A DNA stretch of 64,000 nucleotides from Candidatus Latescibacterota bacterium (GTDB lineage: Bacteria; Latescibacterota; CBDEFO01): NCBI GenBank assembly GCA_965237525.1, contig CBDEFO010000003.1, positions 55,468-119,467 on the forward strand, given 5' to 3'. The position numbers were made by a program, and so were the translations under genes. Below the pieces are notes generated by a model. It saw only the letters and a list, made by a program, of their open reading frames with translations, did no database searches and was not told the DNA's origin. This document shows, one piece after another, positions 18,981 through 27,737 of the stretch; within the stretch, counting starts at the first letter, position 1; each line of letters opens with the position of its first letter.

Positions 18981-19568
18981 CTACCAGTAAATATAGCGGG
19001 TCAGTTTCCGTAAATCCTCTCGAGGAAGTTTTTCAAGATCGGGAATTACGTAGCGATTATCGAGGACATCCAGAAGAATCTTGCCTTTATCGCCGTGATC
19101 TTGAGTCTTATTGTGCTGCCAGAGCATCTCAAACTGTCTTCTGCCACTTTCGTGGCTTGTTTGCTCCCCATCAAAGCGGCCGCGCCGCCCCTGCTGTGTC
19201 TCCGCATCGAAAAAGAGGAGTCCATATTTCCATTCTACGTTGTAAATCTTTGTTATTTCATACTCAAAGTAGTGACGCGATAAGGACTCAAGGAGGAGTT
19301 CCTCAGCCTCCCTTGAAAAGGGTTTAGGGTCTATTATAACCCCTATCTCATTTTCTTTATTGTTCTCGTCGTGATAACGCAGAGAAATATAACGATCAGG
19401 AGAGGACACGGGAAAGGCCAAGACAGCAAAGACCCCTCTGTAGAGTTCTCCCTGACCATCCTCATCCTTGACGTGGGTGTGAAGAAGACTGAAGATGCCC
19501 TTGAAAATTTCGCAGTTTTCGGGGGTTAGTATGTACACCCCCGTCCTCGGTCGGTGGCTTTCTATCAT
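18981..19568 (-). CDS. DUF1854-like protein associated with the upstream ABC exporter
   Basis: 195-aa ORF 27 nt downstream of the ABC gene. It ends in RYIYW and matches my recollection of the small DUF1854 proteins that accompany ABC exporters. This assignment is from memory only. Confidence 0.45.
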   Translation of the reverse strand: MIESHRPRTGVYILTPENCEIFKGIFSLLHTHVKDEDGQGELYRGVFAVLAFPVSSPDRYISLRYHDENNKENEIGVIIDPKPFSREAEELLLESLSRHYFEYEITKIYNVEWKYGLLFFDAETQQGRRGRFDGEQTSHESGRRQFEMLWQHNKTQDHGDKGKILLDVLDNRYVIPDLEKLPREDLRKLTRYIYW

Positions 19569-19594
19569 CTCCCTTTTTCTCCGATTCTTTGGTC

Positions 19595-21826
19595 TTAATC
19601 AGATTCAATAGCCGCAAGCTCAGTCTGGATTCGAACCAATCTACTGTAGATGCCCTCCTTTGCCATAAGTTCATCGTGATTGCCGTGTTCGGCTAATGTC
19701 CCGTCGTCTATGACGTAGATACGATCGGCACCTCTTAAAGTGGAGAGTCTGTGAGCAATAGCTATGGTCGTACGACCTTTGGAAAGGACCGCTAAAGCCT
19801 CCTGTATCTGTCGCTCCGACTCTGTATCCACGCTGGAGGTGGCTTCGTCCAGAATAAGGATGGCGGGATCGCAGAGAAGGGCGCGAGCGATTGAAACGCG
19901 CTGACGCTCTCCCCCTGAAAGCCCCGATCCTCTTTCCCCCAACATAGTGTCGTATCCGGATGGGAGACGCATAATAAAGTCGTGGGCGTTGGCGGCTTTG
20001 GCAGCGTTTATTATCTCCTCCGGAGTTGCGCCCGGCTTGCTGTAGGCGATGTTTTCCGCCACGCTTGCCCGGATCAGAAAAGGCTCCTGGAGCACAAGCC
20101 CAACGTGGCTTCTGAGGTCATGACTTGATACGTCTCTTACATCCTTGCCGTCTATGCGCACGGAGCCCTCCTGCACATCGTAAAATCTGCACAAAAGGTT
20201 TATGAGCGTAGTCTTGCCGCTTCCGCTCTTGCCCACTATTCCTATCATCGCTCCTGACTCTATGGAGATGGAGACACCTTTTATAACGGGACTGTAGGGA
20301 TCGTATCCGAAGACGACGTCGTCAAATTCTATGTCGCCTTTGACCTCCGGCATAGGTTCGGCATCTGGATCGTCTTTGATTCCTGGTTCTGTATCTAATA
20401 TCTCAAAGATGCGCTGGCTTGAAGTCATAAAGGACGTCAGCCAGTTGGAAAAGAACGTAAGTCTGGATAGGGGACTGTAGAACATCCCTATGTAACCTAA
20501 AAACGCCATCAGGGTCCCCAGCGTTATCTTATCCCCGAGGACGTCTTTTCCGCCGACGTACCATACGATGAGTCCACCGAGACTGAATACAAAAGCCATC
20601 ATAGGGTAGAACGTCCCACTGCTCATTTCCACTTTACGGCTGCTATCCCTCAGATAGCCGATTCTATTTAGAAAGCGACTCTTTTCCCTGTCTTCCTGGG
20701 CAAACGCCTTGACCAGACGGATCCCGGAGAGGACGCCGTACAGCATCGAGGAAAACTTAGACCGGCTGTCCCTGATCTTGAATTGTTTGGGATAGATGTA
20801 TCGCCAGAAGACTACCGTCCCAAGTATGACGAACGGGATGGGGATCAATATGTAGAAAGCAAGGCTCGCATTGAGATGAAAGAGCATCCCTCCTATGGCA
20901 AAGATAAGGATTATATTGACGAGGAACCCCTGAGTTGCTTGATCTATAAATCCCCGCAGTTCCTCTACATCCTGACTTACGCGGCTCATTAAGTCTCCCG
21001 CCTGCATCTTGTCGTAGTAGTCCACGGACATCCTCTGGAGCTTGTCAAAAAGCTGTCTCCTGACATCGTATGCAATCTGCGTCCCCACCTTGCTCGAAAG
21101 GCGGTTTATGAGGATATTTACAGAGTTTCTGAAAACATGCGCCCCGGCCAGCGCCGCCACTATGAGCAGTAGCCACTCCGTGTGAGTCTGCTCTGTCAGA
21201 ACGTCATCTACCAGTATCTTCGTCAAATATGGAGGGAGCATATCCATACCGACTCCTGCAAACACCAACAGGAAAAGGACAATTGCCCACATCAGGTGTC
21301 CCCGCATCATCTTTATGATCCTGAACAGAACCGCTCCCTGCTTTATGCATTTCGGACAGGGAGCGTTAGGATCGGGAAGCGTTAAGCCACATTCGGGACA
21401 GACATTTGGATCGGGTGCAAGCAGAGCCTCCTTTTGAATATCCCTGTTATCTTTGAGACGTTTAAGCTGTGAAAGGACCCTACCGAATCGCTCCCGATAG
21501 CCGTTGGAGAAGCGAACCAGATCCAGGTGAAGGCCGTCCACTGAAGTCTGAAGGCAGGTACTCCCCACAGTGCTTCGAAGTTTAAAGTTCTCTGTCTCTT
21601 TGAACTTGAAGGGTCCGACTATGGGAACTTCTGGGGATTCTGCTATAGCGGCCACGTGTTCCGAGGTAGCCACAAGCCAGACGCAGGTCATCTGGCCGTG
21701 CTGGCTGAGGTCTCCCTCTGCGGCGATAAGGATGTCGTCCTCTTTAATCTGGGCTTGGTCGAGGCGCTTCCGGATGGCCTTGGGGATTCCATCTTGAGAA
21801 GAGAGGACTATAAGATCGTTGTTCAT
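19595..21826 (-). CDS. ABC exporter (fused TMD-NBD, MsbA-type) with about 170-aa N-terminal extension containing a zinc ribbon
   Basis: Walker A GKSGSGKTT, signature LSGGERQR, Walker B ILILDEATS, with six TM segments before the NBD. The N-terminal extension carries CPECG...CPKC. Confidence 0.9.
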   Translation of the reverse strand: MNNDLIVLSSQDGIPKAIRKRLDQAQIKEDDILIAAEGDLSQHGQMTCVWLVATSEHVAAIAESPEVPIVGPFKFKETENFKLRSTVGSTCLQTSVDGLHLDLVRFSNGYRERFGRVLSQLKRLKDNRDIQKEALLAPDPNVCPECGLTLPDPNAPCPKCIKQGAVLFRIIKMMRGHLMWAIVLFLLVFAGVGMDMLPPYLTKILVDDVLTEQTHTEWLLLIVAALAGAHVFRNSVNILINRLSSKVGTQIAYDVRRQLFDKLQRMSVDYYDKMQAGDLMSRVSQDVEELRGFIDQATQGFLVNIILIFAIGGMLFHLNASLAFYILIPIPFVILGTVVFWRYIYPKQFKIRDSRSKFSSMLYGVLSGIRLVKAFAQEDREKSRFLNRIGYLRDSSRKVEMSSGTFYPMMAFVFSLGGLIVWYVGGKDVLGDKITLGTLMAFLGYIGMFYSPLSRLTFFSNWLTSFMTSSQRIFEILDTEPGIKDDPDAEPMPEVKGDIEFDDVVFGYDPYSPVIKGVSISIESGAMIGIVGKSGSGKTTLINLLCRFYDVQEGSVRIDGKDVRDVSSHDLRSHVGLVLQEPFLIRASVAENIAYSKPGATPEEIINAAKAANAHDFIMRLPSGYDTMLGERGSGLSGGERQRVSIARALLCDPAILILDEATSSVDTESERQIQEALAVLSKGRTTIAIAHRLSTLRGADRIYVIDDGTLAEHGNHDELMAKEGIYSRLVRIQTELAAIESD

Positions 21827-22091
21827 TTTTTTATTCTTGTCCCTATTAAAAAACAGTTTCGCACATAACCCGTCGGGGAACTCCCAATGTAGGATAGTTC
21901 CCTACTTTGTGCCGAAACTGTCAAATTAACGCAAACAAAACAATATGTTGGTGAATTTCTAGCCGACAATTAATATGAAAATTAAGCAAAAGTCGTCTCT
22001 TCGTCAAGCTGAAAGTGCAGATAGACTTAAAATTGGTAATACAGAACACAGACAGTTCAAACTTTAGATCTCAATACCAGCAGTCGCATTA

Positions 22092-22418
22092 TTACTGAAA
22101 ATGAACGATCTTTGAGAATGACTCGGGGTCAAGTGAGGCTCCTCCTAACAGCCCGCCGTCTATATTATCCTTCTCCATCAAGTCCGATATATTATCAGGT
22201 TTGACAGAGCCGCCGTATATTATTCTCACGGAGTCGGATGTACAGCTATCGTACATGTCCAAGCAATACCTTATGCAGGAGTGCACCTCCTCGGCCTGTT
22301 GGGGCATCGCTCCCCTGTTATAATCCATCAGGGATTCAAAGAGAATTTTCAGTAGGTGGAAAGCTTCGGCCGTTAGGTCGGAGCTTTTACATTTGGTGTT
22401 ACCTATATGCTCCACCAC
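22092..22418 (-). pseudogene. chimeric ORF: duplicated 3' end of tpiA fused to unrelated sequence
   Basis: 22085-22297 is about 85-90% identical by eye to the tpiA 3' end (25472-25690), reading PQQAEEVHS...[42 protein letters not shown]. 22297-22425 matches 24996-25115, the tail of the small-peptide gene plus the convergent intergenic region. Confidence 0.7.
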
Positions 22419-22838
22419 ATAAAATGCTAACTGACAGCCGACTGGGAGACGAAATTGTTACTTGCTGCCTTGGAAAAGCTTCCGCTTTCGACAAGATCAC
22501 AGAAGATCTTCAGACTCTCTGGAAGCATCTTTAGGTGCGAATTCCAATATGAAATGTACAGTGCCGTCATATTTTCATAATGAAATATTTCTATTGCATT
22601 GCGCATCTACAAGCGCGGTATAACTCGATATTCAGGCGATCACTATAAGTAAACTAAAAGGCTGTAACTCTATGTTATTACACTATTTACTCTGACGAGA
22701 TATGAGGACTTTAATATGACCTTTTACGATTAGAGGTTGCTGTTCAACTGTTGGCACAAATGTTGCACTAATACTATTATGAACGGCACGAAACACAGAC
22801 AATTCAAACTTTAAATCATATAAGGGAGGTGAAAGACC

Positions 22839-22934
22839 GTGAAATTACTAATGCTGATAGAAGGTATAAGTCTGATTGTGGCAGTAGCAGCGTTTGAGAT
22901 GTATGCCTACAACAGCCTCGCTGCCCTGTTCTAA
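22839..22934 (+). CDS. 31-aa hydrophobic peptide, array copy 1 (MKLLMLIEGISLIVAVAAFEMYAYNSLAALF)
   Basis: GTG start 7 nt after GGGAGGTG, TAA stop. The ORF is identical in copies 1-3. It is below the track's size cutoff. Confidence 0.55.
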   Translation: MKLLMLIEGISLIVAVAAFEMYAYNSLAALF

Positions 22935-23024
22935 CCCATCAGGGTTGTAGATTGCTGAAATATTATTGAGCGGCACGAAACACAGACAATTCAACTTTAA
23001 ATCATATAAGAGAGGTGAAAGACC

Positions 23025-23120
23025 GTGAAATTACTAATGCTGATAGAAGGTATAAGTCTGATTGTGGCAGTAGCAGCGTTTGAGATGTATGCCTACAACA
23101 GCCTCGCTGCCCTGTTCTAA
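23025..23120 (+). CDS. 31-aa hydrophobic peptide, array copy 2
   Basis: 96 nt identical to copy 1. The SD is AGAGGTG, 7 nt before the GTG. Confidence 0.55.
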   Translation: MKLLMLIEGISLIVAVAAFEMYAYNSLAALF

Positions 23121-23210
23121 CCCATCAGGGTTGTAGATTGCTGAAATATTATTGAGCGGCACGAAACACAGACAATTCAACTTTAAATCATATAAGGGAG
23201 GTGAAAGACC

Positions 23211-23306
23211 GTGAAATTACTAATGCTGATAGAAGGTATAAGTCTGATTGTGGCAGTAGCAGCGTTTGAGATGTATGCCTACAACAGCCTCGCTGCCCTG
23301 TTCTAA
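23211..23306 (+). CDS. 31-aa hydrophobic peptide, array copy 3
   Basis: 96 nt identical to copy 1. The SD is GGGAGGTG, 7 nt before the GTG. Confidence 0.55.
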   Translation: MKLLMLIEGISLIVAVAAFEMYAYNSLAALF

Positions 23307-23417
23307 CCGATCAGGGTTGTAGATTGCCCAATATTATTGAGCGGCACGAAACACAGACAATTCAACTTTAAATCGTATAAGAGAGGTGAAAGACTGTGAC
23401 AACTGTGACATTACTAA

Positions 23418-24936
23418 AAGCCTTGTGAAATAGTTATGTCCCAGGCAGCGTCTGAAGCGCCGATTATGGGTCAAAGAGTAGCATATCGTATCGTTTTGCT
23501 GTGGAATAAGCAAAATAGTCTTATCAGAGTTCTGGTCAGCAAGGAACAGGAGCTGTTTGAAGAACAGGATGCACTGTCTTTGACAGACAGGGCACACATA
23601 GACGCTTTCCCCCTTCTTATGAAAGATACAAGCCTCTTGAGATTCTGTACTGTTGCAACAAGATTCAACTGTTCATTCAGTGAGGCTGGTCCTCTATAAC
23701 GGGCTCGTCCCATACCGTGTTGTTGCCTGGCTTCAGCAAAGATATGTTCACTGCGTTTACGGAGTCTCCGGGAGAGTTTGTAGTCAGCTGTTAATGAGAT
23801 AGACCGTGCATGATTTCTGGCTTTCGCCTCTCGCACTTTTCTATCCCGTTCGGCCTGAATATGTGCTGAATTTGTCTTGTTTTTCCATGTAGGAATCGGT
23901 TCAATCTTCTCATCGGCTCGCAGAGGAATATGGGGTATGATTCCCCGGTCAAGTACATCAGCGATAAAATTACCAGAACCGTAACCGGTATCGGCACTAA
24001 GTGTCTGAATGTCTTTGGGCATGGTGTATGTTTCAAGGTCATCTACCATCTTAAGGGCACTTTCGGGCTCTGCTGTCCCTGTCGCCTGCGTGCCCTGAGT
24101 CTCAAGGATTACTCTGCTTTTTGTGTCGATCAGATCATGGCCCATAAACGAGAGAAAAGCCCCTTTGCCCTTCGATTTGCTGTATAAGCGCGCGTCGGGG
24201 TCTGTAGTCGAACGGTGTGTTTGGTTCGTCCACTTTTCACCATGAAAGTCTTTATCCTGAGGATGCCCGGACCTACCCTTTGTCTTATCACCTTCAAAAC
24301 CGATTCCCTTGAGATAATCATCAAGAGAAACAGGGGGTTCTATCGGCTCAATACTTTTCACTGAAGCATCAGCTTGTATCTGAGTGCCGTCGACACTAAG
24401 GTGTTTACCGCTCACAAGACCGACATCTATGCAACACTGGACTACCTGACGCATTATCCGTTCAAACAACCCACTGGATGCCCACTTGTGATTGCGAAGC
24501 TTGTTGATCGTGCTCCTATCCGGAACCGCATCATCAAATGTCTGATGACAAAACAACCGATATGCCGCATGCATCCCCACTTCCTGACAGAGCCGATTCT
24601 CACTCAAATTATACAGATAGCCAATAAGGATCATTCGAACAACTAATTCAGGATCAATACCGGGTCTGCCATTGTCAGGGCAATAACAATCTGATACAAC
24701 GTCTCGTACAAATGAAAAATCAACTGCCTCATCAATCTGACGAAGGATATGATCCTCGGGAACTAAATCCTCCATCTGAAAATAGTGAAACATCGGATTT
24801 GTCTGTTCCTGCTTTTGTGGGGTCATTGTTTCCTCCATGTATAATATTATCAATAACATAATATAATACATCGGAGCTGCTTTATCAATGCTTGTTCTAT
24901 ACTACTTTCTGAATCTAAGGGTTTTTCACAAGGCTT
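23418..24936 (-). mobile_element. IS element copy 2 (1519 bp)
   Basis: Same inverted repeats as copy 1, with CTAA direct repeats at 23414-23417 and 24937-24940. Confidence 0.9.
23471..24871 (-). CDS. IS1182/IS5-superfamily DDE transposase (466 aa, intact)
   Basis: The N-terminus (NPMFHYFQMEDLVPEDHILRQID) matches the DUF772-type transposase N-domain. The C-half carries LSADTGYGS and SEHIFAEARQQHGMGRARYRG, a DDE/YREK-like region. Confidence 0.9.
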   Translation of the reverse strand: MYYIMLLIILYMEETMTPQKQEQTNPMFHYFQMEDLVPEDHILRQIDEAVDFSFVRDVVSDCYCPDNGRPGIDPELVVRMILIGYLYNLSENRLCQEVGMHAAYRLFCHQTFDDAVPDRSTINKLRNHKWASSGLFERIMRQVVQCCIDVGLVSGKHLSVDGTQIQADASVKSIEPIEPPVSLDDYLKGIGFEGDKTKGRSGHPQDKDFHGEKWTNQTHRSTTDPDARLYSKSKGKGAFLSFMGHDLIDTKSRVILETQGTQATGTAEPESALKMVDDLETYTMPKDIQTLSADTGYGSGNFIADVLDRGIIPHIPLRADEKIEPIPTWKNKTNSAHIQAERDRKVREAKARNHARSISLTADYKLSRRLRKRSEHIFAEARQQHGMGRARYRGPASLNEQLNLVATVQNLKRLVSFIRRGKASMCALSVKDSASCSSNSSCSLLTRTLIRLFCLFHSKTIRYATL

Positions 24937-25099
24937 CTAATGCTGATAGAAGGTATAAGTCTGATTGTGTGTACATCGTGTATGGTGTATGTCAACAGCA
25001 ACATCGTTGCCCTGTTTTAATCCCTCAGGGATTCAAAGAGGATTTTCAGTAGGTGGAAAGCTTCGGCCTTTAGGTCGGAGTTTTTACATTTGGTGTTAC

Positions 25100-25464
25100 C
25101 TATATACTCCACCACAGAAAATATGGATAATCAACAATTAGATTGTAAATGAAGCCTACCACTATTCCCAGTATCACAAAAGCCGCTACTCCCGATATGA
25201 ATCCTGCGGGCTTTCCGAATCTGTTGGTGACCTTAGATACAATTTTTATCTGTCCAAGAATACTACCACTCCCGGAAGAAAGAGAAAAACCCGTTCAGAG
25301 GCTGTACACCACGGACAATTCGGTGTCTGAGGATGGTTGATATTACAGCAAGACACTGCCCCTGACCAGAGCCAGGTGCATCCGCACCTGAAGATAAACA
25401 CGCACAACGGAGTAATAAAGACTAAAGTGAAGACACCCCAGAATAACTTTTCTATAACTGTCAT
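25100..25464 (-). pseudogene. Cys-rich small membrane protein, apparent frameshift
   Basis: Track ORF 25246-25464 (FRCGCTWLWSGAVSCCNINHPQTPNCPWC) stops at 25246. A 1-nt shifted frame then continues IVSKVTNRFGKPAGFISGVAAFVILGIVVGFIYNLIVDYPYFLWWSI* to 25100. Family not recognised. Confidence 0.4.
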
Positions 25465-25478
25465 CCGCGCAGGTCGCC

Positions 25479-26255
25479 TTATTGCTGAAAATGAACGATC
25501 TTTGAGAAAGATTCGGGGTCGAGTGAGGCTCCGCCTATCAGCCCGCCGTCTATATTATCCTCCTCCATCAAGTCCGATATATTATCAGGCTTGACGCTCC
25601 CTCCGTAGATTATTCTCACTGCGTCGGCTGTCTCGCTGTCGTACATGTCCAAAAGCAAGTACCTTATGTAGGAGTGCACCTCCTCGGCCTGTTGGGGCGT
25701 CGCTGTCTTGCCCGTTCCGATAGCCCAGACCGGCTCGTAGGCTATCGCAAGCTTTTTGACCTCATCAGAGGAGATCCCTGCCAACCCGTTCGATATGTGA
25801 TCCCTCACCACATCGAACGTTTTTCCTTCTTCTCTCTCCTCCAACTTTTCGCCGATGCACATAACAGGGGTCAGGTTATGTCTCAATATAGCCATAACCT
25901 TCTTATTGACCTCATCATTGCTTTCTTTGAAATATTGTCTCCTCTCGCTGTGACCCGCTATCACATAGCTACATCCAATATCTTCAAGCATAGACGGTGA
26001 CACTTCTCCTGTGAAGGCTCCTTCGTCCTCCCAGAACAGGTCCTGGGCTCCTAAACCGATGTTTGATCCCTTTATTACCTTGCCTACCGCATCCAAAGCC
26101 GTAAAGGGGGGGGCAATGAAAACCTCTGCATTGTCACTTACATCCTTCACTAAGTCCACGATCTTTTTTGATGTCTCTACTGCCTCTCCCACAACCTTAT
26201 TCATCTTCCAGTTCCCGCCTATTACGGGGATCCTTGACATGCCTTTTCTCCTCAA
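25479..26255 (-). CDS. tpiA: triosephosphate isomerase
   Basis: [54 protein letters not shown]. The likely start is MSRIPV at 26240. Confidence 0.9.
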   Translation of the reverse strand: MRRKGMSRIPVIGGNWKMNKVVGEAVETSKKIVDLVKDVSDNAEVFIAPPFTALDAVGKVIKGSNIGLGAQDLFWEDEGAFTGEVSPSMLEDIGCSYVIAGHSERRQYFKESNDEVNKKVMAILRHNLTPVMCIGEKLEEREEGKTFDVVRDHISNGLAGISSDEVKKLAIAYEPVWAIGTGKTATPQQAEEVHSYIRYLLLDMYDSETADAVRIIYGGSVKPDNISDLMEEDNIDGGLIGGASLDPESFSKIVHFQQ

Positions 26256-26264
26256 ATTTTCCCT

Positions 26265-26390
26265 TTATCTGGAGTTAGATCGCTGAGTCTGCATCCTCAC
26301 AGCGCCGCATCTTCGACATATCCACTTTCTACGCTTGTGGAAGCTGCGCTTTTGCTCCGTCATCTTATATCCGCATCTTTTGCAGTACAA
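26265..26390 (-). CDS. candidate 41-aa basic zinc-ribbon peptide
   Basis: Hand-found ORF with a TTG start 7 nt after GAGGTG. It reads MYCKRCGYKMTEQKRSFHKRRKWICRRCGAVRMQTQRSNSR* (CxxC...CxxC) and lies between the PP-loop gene and tpiA. It is short, so uncertain. Confidence 0.3.
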   Translation of the reverse strand: MYCKRCGYKMTEQKRSFHKRRKWICRRCGAVRMQTQRSNSR

Positions 26391-26406
26391 TCTTTCGCAC
26401 CTCGAT

Positions 26407-27102
26407 TTAGGAACGTTCAGGGGCGGGTAAAGGAGCCTTGTGGAGCAACTGATACTTGCGAATATCCAAAAACCAGTAACCGTCTATTAGAACTTTCTGG
26501 AATTCACAAATGTCTATTCTCTCTCTGAACAGCGGTCCGTCGGTCACGAACGTATGATATTCGCCGTTTTCTCCACAGGCATCGATATCTTTGTATTCTT
26601 TTATGTCTTCAAGGAATGCTTTGTCCAGTCTGCGTCCGATCCACTCTTTTCCGAGGAGATTAGCTTGAGCGCTGACGACAATCGCTTCAAAGCCTGAGTC
26701 TATAAAGTCTAAAAGAATTTCATCAGGACTCAGGCCCCAGAGGGGTTCGATAGCGCCAACGCCGAGTTCTCCACAGATTTTCTTGGCCCACTGTAGGCAG
26801 TGCTGCAGGTGGATGTCGCCAAAGACCACGCCATCTATACCTTCGGGGATGACGCTTCCAAGGGTCTCCTTAAACTCTGCTTCATAGCCACAAGCGGTGG
26901 TTTCTCTTTGCAAGAGAGGAATGCCGATTGCTCCTGCCTGTTTCTGGATAAGTATGTCCTGTGTACCGTGAAATCGCACTCGCCGAAATTCTTGGGAGAT
27001 CGTATTTACAAGATAGGAAACCTTGCAGCCCTTGAGCATCGCTTTATAGCAGGCTAAACAGCTGTCTTTCCCACCGCTCCACGATGCAATGACTTTGCTC
27101 AT
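26407..27102 (-). CDS. PP-loop ATP pyrophosphatase, MJ0570/Dph6-related family
   Basis: The N-terminal SWSGGKDS PP-loop, about 230 aa length and the ...GENGEYHTFV motif are typical of the diphthamide-synthase-like (Diphthami_syn_2) family. Confidence 0.7.
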   Translation of the reverse strand: MSKVIASWSGGKDSCLACYKAMLKGCKVSYLVNTISQEFRRVRFHGTQDILIQKQAGAIGIPLLQRETTACGYEAEFKETLGSVIPEGIDGVVFGDIHLQHCLQWAKKICGELGVGAIEPLWGLSPDEILLDFIDSGFEAIVVSAQANLLGKEWIGRRLDKAFLEDIKEYKDIDACGENGEYHTFVTDGPLFRERIDICEFQKVLIDGYWFLDIRKYQLLHKAPLPAPERS

Positions 27103-27108
27103 AAGTCG

Positions 27109-27708
27109 TTATCCCCCTTGAGACATTATCTTATTCCACACCCTGGATACCTCTTTTCCCAAATCCTCCAAGGATCCATTGTTGTATATGACGCAGTCCG
27201 CCACTTGAAGTTTCTCTCTCAGGGGTAGCTGTGCCCTTAATCTTTCATCTACCTCCTCGGCAGATAACCTGGTATCTTCGAGGAATCGTTCTTTCACCTT
27301 ATCCTCATCCGCCGCGACTACTACCAGAACATCGAACCTTTCCAACTCTCCCCATTCGACTATGAGCGCAGCATCTATAACCACAGGCCTGTGTGGGTTT
27401 TCGTCTAACGCCTTTTCGACCGTCTTCCATAACCTGTTTACGAGCGGCGGATGGACTATCTCGTTGAGCTTCTGATGCCTCTTGGGGCTGGAAAAGGCCA
27501 GACGACCCAACTTTCTCCTAACAAGCTTTCCGTCTTGATCTAGGATGTCAGGGCCGAAGGCTTCGACAAGTTTCGACAGAACCTTTTGATCCTCGGCCAC
27601 TTCCCTTCCGACTCGATCAGCGTCCACCGTAAACGCAGACATCTTCTCAAAGAGGCCAGATACTGTCGTCTTCCCCGAACCTATCCCTCCCGTAACACCT
27701 ATAATCAT
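27109..27708 (-). CDS. coaE: dephospho-CoA kinase
   Basis: MIIGVTGGIGSGKTTVS P-loop, 199 aa, with a ...DAALIVE... core. Confidence 0.9.
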   Translation of the reverse strand: MIIGVTGGIGSGKTTVSGLFEKMSAFTVDADRVGREVAEDQKVLSKLVEAFGPDILDQDGKLVRRKLGRLAFSSPKRHQKLNEIVHPPLVNRLWKTVEKALDENPHRPVVIDAALIVEWGELERFDVLVVVAADEDKVKERFLEDTRLSAEEVDERLRAQLPLREKLQVADCVIYNNGSLEDLGKEVSRVWNKIMSQGG

Positions 27709-27737
27709 CCTTCCTCCTGATAGACAGTAGACAGTAG

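Larger units (their letters stand above)
22775..23417 (+). repeat. tandem direct repeat, 3.5 units of 185-187 bp, each carrying a small ORF
   Basis: Unit landmarks CGGCACGAAACACAGAC occur at 22784, 22971, 23157 and 23342. Units 1-3 are nearly identical. Unit 4 is diverged and cut by IS copy 2 at 23418. Confidence 0.9.
23396..25020 (+). pseudogene. diverged fourth small-peptide gene split by IS copy 2
   Basis: The left part, GTGACAACTGTGACATTACTAA, ends at 23417. The right part, 24940-25020, reads MLIEGISLIVCTSCMVYVNSNIVALF*. The CTAA target duplication sits exactly where the intact copies read TTACTAATG. Confidence 0.7.

Noticed and set aside
22775-23417. Could the 186-bp tandem repeat be a CRISPR array?
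   Set aside because: The units are about 186 bp and contiguous, with no unique spacers between short repeats. No cas genes are nearby. Each unit contains an SD plus an ORF.
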